From Octopus vulgaris (Eukaryota), in the NCBI GenBank assembly GCA_951406725.2, contig OX597837.1:5642001-5706000 (forward strand): a DNA stretch of 64,000 nt. The letters are read 5' to 3'. Positions within the stretch are counted from its first letter, which is position 1. The number at the start of each line of letters is the position of its first letter. The translations under genes were made by a program, and so were the position numbers. The notes under the pieces are model-generated. The model searched no databases and had not been told where the DNA came from. It saw only the letters and a list, made by a program, of their open reading frames with translations. Of this stretch, positions 27,832-47,433 are shown piece by piece.

Positions 27832-28138
27832 ATAGGTATTATTTGTTGACTGTTCAGTTGTTTATTACTATGGGGGTGTTGTTTATACAGTTTCATTAAA
27901 ATGTTCTAATGATCAATTGATCAATACTTCATCTTTGTCTTGTTCGTGTATTGATGACGAAAGAGCTGATACAGTATAAACATACTGCAGTTTAATTTTG
28001 AATACATACGTGCATACATACATACTTACATATATATGTATATAAATATATATATGTGTGTGTGCATAGCTATATGTACATGTATTTGTATATACATATA
28101 TGAATATGTTAATATATATTTCAGTATATAATGTATAA

Positions 28139-28179
<41 letters not shown>

Positions 28180-28252
28180 TACATGTATATACATATATAT
28201 ATAAATAAATATATATATATATATAATTATATATATGTATATATATATATTA

Positions 28253-28330
<78 letters not shown>

Positions 28331-28803
28331 GGTATGTGTCGCAGACGAGTAGAGGTGTGCTATCCCACTGTGCGTATGTGTGTCGTTGTGGTATGTTTTT
28401 CATTCATACGTCATACCATATTTATTTCTGTTCTCAATTTATATGTATTTTATTCATTTTATATTTTCGTTCCAGGCATTAATTAGAAATCTTCGGAGTG
28501 GAAGAATAATATGACATTAATTAGCAATGAGAAAATTACATGTGTACGTATTTACACTTAAATTACTCACGCCCGTATGTACACATCACATATTGATAAT
28601 AGCGTATACAAGTATTTGAAGCATATACACGTATTTTTATGTAATCACTCATTTGTACATATGTAAAAATATAATACTAGACGTTGAATATTTTGATTGC
28701 TGTCTATATTTATCTCTCATTGTCTGTATGGTTACACAAATGTATATTTTGAGACAAACACACGGTGACAGATGCATAGATATTGTACGTATATATATGT
28801 ATA

Positions 28804-28887
<84 letters not shown>

Positions 28888-29389
28888 CATAGATGCCTGC
28901 ACATATGTGTGCGTATAGACATATATATTACGTTAGATTCTATGCATAGAATTGTTGCTGACAGAGCTAAATAATTATAATAATGGTACCAACAGCAAAA
29001 ACGATAAACATTTCTATAATTTGAAAACTTTCGGCCCCCAAGGCTTACCCGTTGCTTATTATATAACGACCCCGATAAGGACTAAATGTAAAGTCAACCT
29101 CTGCAGGATACAGAGTTTAGAGAAATGCCACTACACATTTTGTACGACGCGCCTTGAAGAACAATTTAATGCTGATGAACAATTAATGATGATGATTTAG
29201 GCAAAGGGCCAGCAAATTAGAGGAAAGGGGACAAGCCAATGCCGTCTATCCCACTGGTCGGGGTGTACCTTTTCTTATCGACCCAAGATTGTTAAAAGGC
29301 AAGGTTTACCTGGTGCAACTTGAACCTAGAACGTAAAGAGCGGTAAGAAATATGCTCAGGGCTATACTAACCAGGGGACGGTATCTGAA

Positions 29390-29620
29390 GGCGGCGAGCT
29401 GGCAGAAACGTTAGCACGCCGGGCGAAATGCGTAGCCGTGTTTCGTCTGCCGTTACGTTCTGGGTTCAAATTCCGCCGAGGTCGACTTTGCCTTTTATTC
29501 TTTTGGGGTTGATAAATTACGTACCAGTTACGCACTGGGGTAGTTATAATCGACTTAATCCGTTTGTCTGTCCTTGTTTGTCCCTTCTGTGTTTAGCCCG
29601 TTGTGGGCAGTGAAGAAATA
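29390..29620 (+). mobile_element. tRNA-derived SINE family B, full length with 8-bp TSD
   Basis: Head ggcggcgagctggcagaaacgttagc..., B box gggttcaaattcc, central gaggtcgactttgcctttt..ggggttgataaa..gtaccag. TSD ggtatctg at 29380-29387 and 29621-29628. Confidence 0.9.
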
Positions 29621-30134
29621 GGTATCTGCATTGCGTCTCTCACTTGACTTACTAGAAATAACCGTTAAATCCCGTTTTCAAATCCTACTCTACCTTAATA
29701 AATGAATAACAAAAAAAAACAAAGAACGTGTGATGGACATATAATAGAATGTAGTCCTAGATGGAAGTGATACACAAAAAACAAAGTTGGAACCGTGACT
29801 ACAAGAAAGAACGTCCACAAGTATTGGGTGTTCTCGGTCAGAAGTTAACCCGAAAATAAACGATAAAAACATCCCCACCACCACCAACAATAACAACAAT
29901 ATCAACAATAGGAAAAGAGCAACAACAACAACAATAGCAGTAGCAGCATCGGTAAAGACTACAAGAGCAATAGACTCAACATTGTATTGTATCGGTGCCT
30001 TTTGTTTAAAAAAACTATCTGATTAGCCACTCGTTCCGTTCCATGGCTGTCTGAGTATCATTATTAACATTAACCTGCTTTCACCTTCGCTTACCATTGC
30101 GTGATATTAACGCGAACATCATTTTCAGCTAAAT

Positions 30135-30167
<33 letters not shown>

Positions 30168-30761
30168 AGCAACGACAGCAACAGCAACAATAACAACAGC
30201 AGAAGCAACAACAGCCTCAGCAAAAGACCGAGTCAAATGTCCATTGTAAAAGATTACCTAAAAGAAAGAAGGGAAAAAAATTGTAAATAATTCAAGCAAA
30301 AGCAACAACACGAACAATAACAAAAACAACAACCACGACGATAACAACAACAACACCAATAATGGTAAGAAGGAAACTGGTGCCTGTTGCCATTGTTTGT
30401 CTTGGTTGTTGTGGTTTAGTTTCGTTCGAGTTTCGGCACCATCACATCAAGTTGAAAGGTCGATACAGCTGTAGAGATATTTTTTTCATTCTGTAAGAAG
30501 ACTGCAATAGATGCGGACACGCATACGCACACACTCAATCGCTCACTCACACACACACAGGCACACGCACACACACAGAGGTACACACAAACATACACGC
30601 ACGTACAAACAAGTTTGTGTATATATGTTTTTATTCATGTACGTATACATATATATGTATAAGTATATATATATACATGCATATATATATGTACATGTAC
30701 ATAATTATATAGCTATACATATATGTATATACATGTATACATATAGATGGGACTGTATGTT

Positions 30762-30815
<54 letters not shown>

Positions 30816-31111
30816 TATATGTATATATACATAATTATAACTAAATATCTATGCTTTGTCTATCAGTAAAAATACAGGTATGTATATATTTATGCATATA
30901 TATATACGTATGTATATATATATATATGCATCTATGTATATATATACATATATATATATTTATATATGCATATATATATATTATCCACACATATATGCAC
31001 ATATCTGGGTGCATGTATGTTTGTGTGTAAATAAATATATATAGAGAGACATAAGTGAATGTGTATATATATATATATATATATATATGAATCTATGCAT
31101 ATATGTATATG

Positions 31112-31143
<32 letters not shown>

Positions 31144-31244
31144 CATAGATTCATACATGCACATTTATATATACATACATATATATGTAAATACATATAT
31201 ATATATATGTATATATATATGTTTATATATACATATACATATAC

Positions 31245-31298
<54 letters not shown>

Positions 31299-32125
31299 AT
31301 ACACACATGTATATATATATATATCAATACACACATGTATATATATACATATATATATAAATATTCTTTTTACACTCACACCCATGCACACATCCGTTCT
31401 ACATCGTTGTTATGTCCCTTCGAGTGTGAAATGACATGGTTTATAGAGTATGTTTAGTAGCATTCAAAGTAGCTGCGATTGTTGTTGCTACTGTACTTAT
31501 TGTTATTCACATTATTCTTGCTACTGTTGTTGTCGTTGCCGTTGTGGTTGTATTGTAGCGGCTGCTGCTTTGCTTTTATCTTTTACTTGTTTCAATCACC
31601 AGACAACAGCAGAGCTGGGGCACTGCATTGAAGAACTTTCAGCCAAACAAATCGACCCTGTCTGATATATATATATATGTGTATGTATAAAGGATTGGTC
31701 GCTATTTAGTTACGTATTTAGGAGTTGGTTGTTAATTTTTGTTTTCTTTCTGAATTTATTAATCAATACGGTTGTTCATATTGTAAATGCGTTTGAAAGT
31801 TGTGGTTTCTTTGGTATGTTTGTTCCCAAACAACACTTATTTTAGTGCAGTCGATACCGCCGGATTCAATGGTACTGCCCGAGTGTCGAAACCATAATGA
31901 TATCTGTGGCGCAGCCGATGATGTAGGTATTTTGGATTGTTGGTGTGGCTGTTTTGTATATGTGGAATAGTATTATAACACATCTTTTGAAATATATATA
32001 TACTTATACTTATATATACGCACACACACCACACATATACATGTATGTAAATATGTATATACATATAAATCTGAATATATATATATATAATTCACACACA
32101 CTCACACACACACACTTACACATAC

Positions 32126-32175
<50 letters not shown>

Positions 32176-33069
32176 TCTCTCTCTCACACACAAACACATA
32201 TATATATATAAGACGGCTTCTTTTACTTTTCATCTACCGAAATCATTCACAAAGCTTTTTTGTTGACACAAAGCTAAAGTAGGAGACACTTGCTCAAGGG
32301 CTCAAGGTTCCTTATACTGTTTGCGACGCAAGATCCTAACCGTACAGCCATGCCTGCTATTGCTGTTGCTGTTCTTTTTTCTATAGTCAGAGACAAAATT
32401 CAAGTGCCATCACGCTTTTCAAATCGTCTAGCACCTGTGGGAGTACGTAAGGAATTTCAGCCCTACACCAAAAATCAAGTCAGAATCTTCCCATCTAACG
32501 TGGAGTCTAACATAGATACACAAACGTCAGATTATGGCGCCAAACCGAAAAATACATTATTTCTCTTCAGTACCATCTCCGTCACCAAAAAGCACTTAGA
32601 TCACCGTTTCCTTTGGTGCCATCTAGGAAATTCCATTTAAAAGACGTTCGTGAATCCGAGACAATAATTATTGATTTCTCGAAATAATCTCCTCTGGTAT
32701 TCTAAGCCAAGATTAACCGCAGAGGATTAATTTTGCCCTTTACTTTTCTTTACTCTTTCTTGCAAAGGGGCGAATTTTTATTTCATTTATTCATTTTTTT
32801 ATTTCGTCAGTCGGTATATCAGTATTTTCTTGAATTATTTTAATTCACGTCATTGGCGTATTTGAATTATTTCTTTTAGCGCACTCTTTATAATCTCACA
32901 ATTATACTGTATTGTCTCCTAAACCATTCGTAACCGTGTGTTATATCAAGAACAAGAAAGAAAGACAGAAACAAATGCGTGTCCACTGATCCCAAACAGT
33001 CTTGAGAACCTTAAGTTTTCTTGAACATGTCTAAAAAAGTTGAAACTTTAATTTGGACTTTATTTTACC

Positions 33070-33205
33070 GGATAACGAATGTCAGAAATCGAACCCACCA
33101 TTTCTATTTGAAAAACTCTGCATCCACTCATCATAACAGGCTTGAGAGTGTTATGCTTCACTGATGAGGTGTAAAAAATCCGAAACGTGTCTATAGCGCT
33201 CTTTG
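33070..33205 (+). mobile_element. Decayed Penelope-like 3' end with type I hammerhead remnant
   Basis: KTLHPL-like peptide remnant followed by CTGATGA (33161-33167)..GAAACGTGTC; flanks agagtgttat (33145-33154) and atagcgctct (33193-33202) pair over 10 bp. Confidence 0.5.
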
Positions 33206-33802
33206 CTTCTTAACAAATACCAGAATACCTCCCACTACCACACAACTATGCAGATTAAATGATAATTTCGAGAAGCGACATTTTATTTATCGAAATTATT
33301 TCCTCTTTTCACCGAAAGTCGCTAAACATTACTGCTATCTTTCGCTTTCATTTCTTTAATTAAAAGTCAAATTTTATTTTACTTATAATTTACTGCGTTT
33401 GACATTTAGTACAACATCGATATGAATTAACAGAAATCATAAAAACCAATGAGGGATCCTCTTCGAGGTCAATCGAAATGCTGAAAAAGCAGCCAAGTTC
33501 TCATGTCTGTAAACCATAAACGGTTATCGCCAACAATAAAATGGTGGATCATCACCAAAAAACTACAACTCCTGTTTTTTGTTATTCATTTATCAACAAC
33601 ATATTACACTCTGTACTGACCTTCTAGTACGTACAGGGGTTCAGAAGAGAGGACATCACACAATTCATTCCTCCTTGCCACGGGTGCTTATTTTTTAAAG
33701 CCTTGTACGTATTTTCTCGGTCTCTTTGGCCGAACCGCTAAGTAACGAGGACTTAAGCACACTAACAGAAATACACATTCATGCAGAAATACACATTCAT
33801 GC

Positions 33803-33834
<32 letters not shown>

Positions 33835-34776
33835 TTATATGAATTGATAGATACAGATTTAGATACCCAGATATGGATTATATACATTTAATTCATATCT
33901 ATATATCTATATATTATCTATCTATGCGTATGTGTATATTTAAAAAAATATGCACGCATAAATGCATATGTGCTTTCGTGTGCGTACGTACATGTACGTG
34001 TGTGTGTATGTGTTTGCATATTCTCTATGCATACACACTCACACACACACACACACACACACACACAGATATATATTGTGTATCTTTATATATATATTTG
34101 TATGCGTATAGATATACTCACACACACAGAAACAAACTCATACGAGCATAGAGACATATGGACGCAAGCACGCGCCTACACAGAAACACACACATGTACG
34201 GATGCTTTTATTTCCATATATATATATATATATATATGATCTAACTGAAAATATATTGCCAAATCAGACCCAGCTATGTAGAAAACAGATGAATACCTGG
34301 CGACAACCGCATCAAAGAAAGAAATACATATTCCGCACATGCGACGTTAATTCTAATATTACAGTCAGTCTTGGTCAATTATATAGCATAGCATAAATGT
34401 AATAAACTTGGAACTAATCTTTGAATATAGCGATAAAGTTGCCAGGGAAATCAGATAAAAAGAATACAAACACCAACAAATGTAGTCATGAAAATGTCAA
34501 CATGTATATGTAGTGTATATGAAGCTACACTAGAACGAAGACTTTCACGGTTATGTTAGCGATCTGGATTAGTTATTAATATTCGCCATACTGTTATTTT
34601 CTAAACATCAAAACGTAGTCTACAATGTAGGCGCGACGCTTTGACTGTTGTTGATGTTATTGCTGTTGTTCTTGTTGTTGTTGTTGTTGCTATTGTTCTT
34701 GTTGTTGCTAGTATTAGTATCAGTATTAATATTAGTATTGATATCGGTAGTAGAGCAGCGTGTTGGCTGAATCGTT

Positions 34777-34965
34777 AGAACGCCGGGTAAAATGTTTAGC
34801 GGCATTTCGTCCGTCCTTATGTTCTGAGATCAAATTCTGCTGTGGTCGGCTTTGCATTTCATCCTTTCGGGGTCGATTAAATCAGTACCATTTACACACT
34901 GGGATCGATATAATCGACTTAATCCCTTCCCCTAAATTTGAGACCTCGGGCTTCCAGTAGAAAGG
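34777..34965 (+). mobile_element. SINE family B, degenerate
   Basis: Homologous to 29390-29620. Confidence 0.75.
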
Positions 34966-35010
34966 ATTATTGTTGTTGTTGTTCTTTTTATTTTTGCTAT
35001 TGTTGTTATT

Positions 35011-35158
35011 GAATGAGAGAGCAGTGCATGCTATCAAAGTGTCACTGGGTTAAAATATACGAAGCCCAGTACACCCGTCATGACTACCCGTCTGCTAAGA
35101 GTACACCAGGCACATGCATCACAACCATATGTACGCGACATGGTGAATATCTATCAGT
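35011..35158 (-). mobile_element. Probable retroelement 3'UTR fragment embedded in TAA/TTG repeats
   Basis: Non-simple segment bounded on both sides by triplet repeats inside the R4-like stack; no coding remnant, so assignment is by context. Confidence 0.45.
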
Positions 35159-35163
35159 TCTTA

Positions 35164-35230
<67 letters not shown>

Positions 35231-35232
<2 letters not shown>

Positions 35233-35430
35233 GTTTGACTTTTGCTTTATATTTGTGCAAGTTGGTTCCAAGTCTCACCCAGAGGCCCCAAGAGAAACAG
35301 GTTGGAAGTTCGTGTTGTCATGCCTAGTGTGCCATATATTTGGTTTTGTATTTAGTGAATGTCTAAAAAAAAAAAACGAAAATTATGTTTGTTTTAAAAC
35401 TTGAGATTACATAGAAAGTATTTTGCGTAT
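35231..35430 (-). mobile_element. R4/Dong-like element 3' end (subfamily B)
   Basis: Minus strand RKILSM* plus a 3'UTR ending gcaaaagtcaaacat-(aat)n; same family as 37881-38311. Confidence 0.85.
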
Positions 35431-35450
35431 AATATTATTATTATTACTAT

Positions 35451-36390
35451 TCAGTAGTTTTATTTTTATAGCGTGCTTTCACTTCACTACCGAGCGCAGC
35501 TCTGTGTGCCTTGGGTATGTGCTGTGATTTGTTGTGATGCTCTGATGGTTATTGTATGGAAAGTGTTCTGCGTAGGATGTGTGCAGTGCCTAGTAGTGCA
35601 ATTTTCTGTATGTTATATGTGTTTGTAAGTCCTGGTGTTTTTGTTATGTATTTGTCTGAATATTTTTTTATCATGCCTAATGCACCTACTATGATAGGAA
35701 TTGTTTCTGTTTTCAGGTTCCACATTCTAGTTACCTCTATTTCCAGGTCTTTGTATTTTGAGAGTTTCTCCATTTCTTTTAGAGACACGTTGTCATCTGC
35801 CGGTATTGATACATCAATTAGAAAGCATTTTTCTTCTTCATGATCTCTGACAACTATATCTGGTCTGTTGGCCTTAATTTCTCTATCTGTGTGTATCGGC
35901 ATATCCCAGAGTATGGTTGCTTTCTCGTTTTCTGTGATCTTTTCTGGTGTGTGCCTATACCATCTTTTTTCTGTTGTTATTCCATAATGTTGGCATAGCT
36001 TCCAATGTATGTAGGTTCCAACTCTGTCATGTCTGTGAATATATTCCTTCTTAGCCAGGACTGGGCAGCTAGAGATAATATGATTTATTGTTTCTTGTCC
36101 ATCTCCACATATTCTGCAGTTACTTGTAATATTTCTTTTCATTACATGTTTTTGGTAATTTCTGGTGGGGAGGCTTTGGTCTTGTGCTGCAATTAAAAAT
36201 CCCTCTGTTTCTGCTTTGAGTCCTGAGCTTCTCAACCATTGCTGGGATTTTTCTTTGTCTATTTCTTTTGCGTTTAGTTTAGTGCAGTATTTACCATGAA
36301 GGGGCTTTTCTTGCCATCGTTTTATCATGGCTCGTTGCTGTTCTATTTTAGTTTGGATTTCATTTGTTTTATAGCTTTTGTTGTTTCTTC
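35451..36390 (-). mobile_element. 5'-truncated R4/Dong-like RLE non-LTR retrotransposon (subfamily A)
   Basis: Open 259-codon frame plus about 100-bp 3'UTR; both ends abut (TAA)n on the sense strand. Confidence 0.9.
35549..36328 (-). pseudogene. RLE retrotransposon ORF C-terminus: CCHC zinc knuckle and PD-(D/E)xK restriction-like endonuclease
   Basis: CRICGDGQETINHIISSC, RHD, RPDIVV..CFLIDVSIP..EKLSKY, IPIIVGALG, QKIALLGTAHILRR. No RT domain (5' truncated); a frameshift lies just upstream of the Met. Confidence 0.9.
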
Positions 36391-36412
36391 ATTATTATTA
36401 TTATTATTATCA

Positions 36413-36479
<67 letters not shown>

Positions 36480-36615
36480 GATATGTTTGACATTTGCTTT
36501 GTATTTGTAGAAGCTGACTCCGGTCTCACACACAAACCTCAAGAGACAACAATTTGGTGTTATGCCTAGGGTGCTACTGCTACTGTGATTCCAGCTGTCA
36601 CCGCTGGTTCTGCTT
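36480..36615 (-). mobile_element. R4/Dong-like 3'UTR fragment (subfamily B-like)
   Basis: atgtttgacatttgctttgtatttgt...gtctcac..caagagac matches 35231-35310. Confidence 0.75.
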
Positions 36616-36666
36616 GTAGTAGTAGTACTTGTAGATTCCGTCACTGATCCAGCTCTGTTGTTTATT

Positions 36667-36731
<65 letters not shown>

Positions 36732-37200
36732 TGTTGTTGTTGTTATTGCAGTCATTTTTTCTTGCTCTGTTTTCACAGTTTTCCTTGCTGGTGTTGTTGT
36801 TTTCGTTACTGCTATTGTGATTAATCATATATTTACTCTCGTGGTTGCTGCAGCTGTTGTTTTTGTTCTTGCTGTTGCTGTTTAACGCAAAGGCAGACTT
36901 ACTCCACCAGGACAGTGATAACTCATATCTTTTATACATATCTTTTATCTTTAATTATCTCAGCCGTTCTGGGACACCAGCTTTGAGAATTTCAGCCGAA
37001 CTAACACATGCATATATAGTAACCTCAATCCTTTCTATATTAAACAAAATGAAGTAGATTGACAAATTTATTTTTTGCACCTGTTGAAGACACACGAGAT
37101 GTGGAAATATCGTTCAGTAGATAACAATGACATTCTTCTTTTAATTTTGACTCTATATTTTATTATTATTAGTAGTAGTAGGAGTAGTAGTAGTAGTTGA

Positions 37201-37232
<32 letters not shown>

Positions 37233-37251
37233 CAGCAGCAGCAGCAGTAGC

Positions 37252-37299
<48 letters not shown>

Positions 37300-37300
<1 letters not shown>

Positions 37301-37770
37301 TTTTCCCCTTCTTTCTTCAAATATTCTTCCGTTTCTCGCCGGGTGTTTTCCGTACACCTAGGGCAGAGAAGCTCATTGTATGCACTCCCAGACTACACAC
37401 GCAAATTCACATGTAAAATATGTATTTAAATATTAATAAATAAATAAATTCATGAATGAATGAATGTTGTTTTCACAGCGATACTGCTCTTCTCAGTACA
37501 TGAGCCGTTCCAGTTGACACAATTTTTTGCACTCCCTGTAGGGATAGTAAGCCTGGTATCATTTTCAAATAGGTTTCAGCACCTTTTTTTTATCATTCCT
37601 AGAGATCCTACAACCATTGGTACTGTAGACGCCTTGAGATGCCATACTTTTTCAATTTCTATTAGCAAGTCTTTATATTTACTCATCTTGTCAAATTCTT
37701 TCGCCGCTATATTGTGATGGCAAGGAATAGTCATGTCAGTTAATAAACACATCCTTTTCGTCTTATCTTT
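37300..37770 (-). mobile_element. R4/Dong-like RLE fragment (subfamily C)
   Basis: Minus: CLLTDMTIP..KEFDKMSKYKDLLIEIEKVWHLK..VPMVVGSLG..QKIVSTGTAHVLRR*, then a 3'UTR abutting (TAC)n. Confidence 0.85.
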
Positions 37771-37871
<101 letters not shown>

Positions 37872-37880
37872 TAATAATAA

Positions 37881-38311
37881 TATAACGATCTTGAAATAGA
37901 AATCAGCAAAATGTGGAAGCTGAAGACTAAAACAATACCTGTTGTCATAGGTGCCCTGGGAATGATAGCGAAAGGGACTGATTGCTACCTAACTCAGATA
38001 CCAGGAAACCCCAAAATGGCAGAAATTCAAAAGATAGTGCTCATGGGAACTGCTCATATCCTACGCAAAATACTCTCTATGTAATCCCAAGGTTTAAAAC
38101 AAATTTTTTTTATTTTTATTTTTATTTTTTATTTTATTTATTATTTTTTTTTATTAATTTTTATTTTTTAATTTTATTATTTTTATGTATTAGACATTCA
38201 CTAGTACAACACCAAAAAAAACCCCAAAAAACCCCCCAAATATATGGCACAGAACTTCCAACCTGTTGTCTTGGAGCCAACATGTACAGACATAAAGCAA
38301 AAGTCAAACAT
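37881..38311 (+). mobile_element. R4/Dong-like RLE fragment (subfamily B) in opposite orientation
   Basis: YNDLEIEISKMWKLKTKTIPVVIGALGMI..QKIVLMGTAHILRKILSM* plus 3'UTR; flanked on both sides by plus-strand (AAT)n. Confidence 0.9.
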
Positions 38312-38313
38312 AG

Positions 38314-38345
<32 letters not shown>

Positions 38346-38350
38346 TAATG

Positions 38351-38498
<148 letters not shown>

Positions 38499-38535
38499 TA
38501 GTAATAATAATATTATTATCATTATTATTATATAC

Positions 38536-43554
<5,019 letters not shown>

Positions 43555-43617
43555 TTTATTATAACCATCATCATTATTATTGTAAAACAAATATATAAAT
43601 ATATAAACATAATAATA

Positions 43618-43661
<44 letters not shown>

Positions 43662-43761
43662 TATTATTATTATTGTTGTTGTTGTTGTTGTTGTTATTAT
43701 TATTATCATTATTACCATAATCATTATTATTGTTGATGTTATTGCTGTTATTAGTATTATA

Positions 43762-43859
<98 letters not shown>

Positions 43860-43860
43860 G
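43555..43860. repeat. Degenerate (AAT)/(ATT)/(GTT) triplet tract
   Basis: Directly visible; polarity switches near 43660. Confidence 0.9.
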
Positions 43861-44343
43861 GGACTTACCTTTTTGTTTCGTTTCCTCAACGTGTTCCTGA
43901 TAATAGCAACAAGTATATAGATGAAACTATTACAAATAACAGTTCCAGTGAGTTGGTTCTACCAATTTCTATGCAGAAGGCATTGACTGTTGGTTGGAAC
44001 AGACTAACGATTTCTTGTGGAAATGATTTAATAATAAGATATGTCGTAACCCGAGATACATCAGATCCCGAGAGAGACATAGAGATATATTGTAGTATTA
44101 TAGTTACTGTGGAGAAGTAATTGCATGACTGACGAGATTTAATGAATAGATTAGGAGGTTAGGTATGTATGCCTCTATGTATGTATATAAATGCATGTGT
44201 GTATATATATATATAGATATATATATGTATATATACATATTTATAATTATATAAGTATAAATATAAATATATATATATATATATAAGTATATATATATAT
44301 ATATGTGTATACGTATATATATATATATAAGTATATATATGGG

Positions 44344-44375
<32 letters not shown>

Positions 44376-44623
44376 AAGTGTATATATATATGTGTATATA
44401 TATATATAAATATATTTACATATGACTGTATCTTTGTATGTATACGCACAAACAAACACGCGAAGGCACACACCCACGCAAACATGTGTGTGTGTGTATT
44501 TGAGTATATATATATATATATATAACTGCAGATATTGGCACTGTAATGTACTAGCTCCAGCTTTCGATCCTTGGAAGAAGAACCTTTCGTAAAAGAAAAA
44601 TGACAAACCGTTATGTTACGGTG

Positions 44624-44700
<77 letters not shown>

Positions 44701-44714
44701 CATCATCATCATCA

Positions 44715-44990
44715 CACCAAGACCGATTGTCAAACGGTAATGAGTGTACAAAAGCAGACATAAAGACTCTCACACGTAGGTATATACATACACACACGCA
44801 CACATGTATATATATATATATATACGTCGGGCTTCTTTCAGTTTCCGTCTACCAAATCCACCCACAAGTTTTTAGTCGTCCCGAAGTTATAGCAGAGTAG
44901 AAGATAAATATCCAAGATTCCACGCAGTGTGATTGAACCTACAACCTTGTAGTTGGGAAACAAGCTTCTTACCTCACAGTCACGCCTGCA
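44715..44990 (-). mobile_element. SINE family A, diverged
   Basis: gggcttctttcagtttccgtctaccaaatccac...cacagtcacgcctgc. Confidence 0.8.
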
Positions 44991-44999
44991 GTAATGAAT

Positions 45000-45400
45000 G
45001 TTGAGTAATTATAGAAAGATTACGATTGTGATTGCAAGCGGCCAAAATGGGGATTCCTCTGAAAGGTCTCTGGAGTAAAGTTACTCGGCAGAAAGCGGTG
45101 CTGATTGACGAAGGAGTCACTCGGGATCGAGACGGTATTTCTCTGCGTTGAGAGTTCACAGCTACGCTACTAAGAAAGATTCAGGACAGAACCACAAGAT
45201 GGTTTCTTCGAGCACAGCCAATATTTAGAAAAACTAAAGTCAATCCCAAAACGATATGGCTGAATGCTATCTATAGTCACAGATGTCGTGCGTGGGAATC
45301 CACCCGGACAATCTAATGACGGTCGCTTGCAATAGGACCCAACCCTATGAAGATACCCGAGGACACCAAAAGAACAGTGAGCAGAACAGATGAACGGATG
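45000..45400 (+). mobile_element. Decayed RTE-like LINE C-terminal fragment
   Basis: ctgcgttgagagttcacagctacgctac gives VESSQLRY, like the RTE motif IERSQLRW.GH; the rest is heavily decayed. Confidence 0.45.
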
Positions 45401-45944
45401 GATATGAAATTTGAGGTCATCTTTGAATATTCTAAATGAAATATAGCGGCGAGATGGCAGAATGGTTAGCGCACCGGTTAGCAGCATTTCGTTCGTCTTT
45501 ACGTTTTGAATTCAGGTTGATAAATTTAGTACCAGTTGTGTACTGGGGTCGACTTACCCCCTGCCGGAAATTACTGGCTTTGTACCAACATTTTGAAGCT
45601 GTAATATAAATATGCTGACCCTCACAACAATATCAAACGGAATCTAGTTTTCCTACGGAAATCAGGGTTCGATCTAAAATAAGGCCAAGATTCTCTTTGA
45701 TGGTGCAATGACACGGCGAGTTAAGTAAGCCTTGAAATAAACTTTGCTTCTATTTATGGGTTAAACACGGGCAGCCCTTTGTTTCTGTAGCTGTTATTTC
45801 CTTCTTGGTCAGGTCTGTCATATTTACGAAGACCGAGTATTTGTCAGTGTCGGAAACGAAGACATAGAGCATAACCCCACCCCATACACAAGCAACTTGG
45901 TTTTTATATATACGAGGTGCCATGTAGTGGGACTGAAACCGAGA

Positions 45945-46253
45945 GTTTATTTATTTTATTTATGCGCCCTTTTCAAGCCTAGCCAGGCTCATGTGCCCGG
46001 TTTCACGGTTTATGTATATCCACCCCACCCCTCAAGCCGGACGGGACGCCAGTCCATCGCAGCGTTTCTCAAGAAACAAAAAGAAAGAGCGAGAGAAAGT
46101 TGGGGCAAAAGTGTACAACAGGGGGCGCCGCCACCCCCTGCCGGAGACTCGTAGAGCTTTAGGTGTTTTCGCTCAATAAACACACACAACGCCCGGTCTG
46201 GGAATCGAAACATGTAGTCCACTGCCTTAACCACTGGGCCATTGCGCCTCCAC
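45945..46253 (-). mobile_element. SINE family C with alternative tail and 10-bp TSD
   Basis: Head as at 2099; TSD gaaaccgaga at 45935-45944 and 46254-46263; (ataa)n tail. Confidence 0.85.
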
Positions 46254-47003
46254 GAAACCGAGAATACGTGTTTGAAAAGCATAAAAACGTGCTTCTTAAC
46301 TGCATAACCGTTTTCGCGTTGGAAATAAACAACATTCCATATCTCCCACTTGTTTAGGAGACCCTAAAATACTTTTATGGGTCCGGTCCGTATTGCCTCC
46401 TCTTTAAGAAGCCATTCCAGAAATTAGGTCATGTGTAATTTCTGTTCCTCCTTTACATGTTTTCCCAGGAATTCTAAACTTTACCTCCAAACCGCTTCCA
46501 TTATATGGATACTTACACGGTAAACATATGGTAATCTATAAAAGACTTTCTAAACTGGAGACACAGAGCGAGTGAGAACAAGACAGAGTTATACAAAGAG
46601 GGGTATAGAGTGAAAGAGAGAAAAATGAAGAAAAACAAAAAAACCCGAATCCAAATGAAACGAAACGAAACGAAACCAAAACAACACTAAAACCAAACCA
46701 CACATATTGCTAGAGCGGATTTTGGCTCTACTTTGATGAATAAACAGTTCTAATTGGAATATAATAATATCCCGTAAGATAGACGAGCGCCGAAAGAGCG
46801 ACGAACGACAAACGGACAGACGGATGAATTAGTAAAAATCGATAAAAACAGTAGTTCTAATGAGATGCTGAGATGTTACGGAGTTGGATAAGAATCAATA
46901 AATACAGGAAACCTTGTATCAATTCTCTTAATGCCTAATCTATCGACTTGGTCTTTTCATTTTCCCCTATATGACTCTTTCTCTCCGTCTCTCTCTATGC
47001 GTG

Positions 47004-47048
<45 letters not shown>

Positions 47049-47168
47049 CCATGTGTATATATATGCATGTGTGTGTATACATGCATATATACATACATAT
47101 GCTCATATTATATGCATGTGAAAATATATGCCCCAAAACACGCAAGCATATACACTCACACACATGTA

Positions 47169-47245
<77 letters not shown>

Positions 47246-47387
47246 GTAATCATACACGGACATATATGCATACATACATGCATATATGTGTATATGTGTG
47301 TATATATATATATACATATATGTTACATATGTATATGTATGTTTATATATACATATATATATATATATGTATGTACATATGTATGTC

Positions 47388-47433
<46 letters not shown>

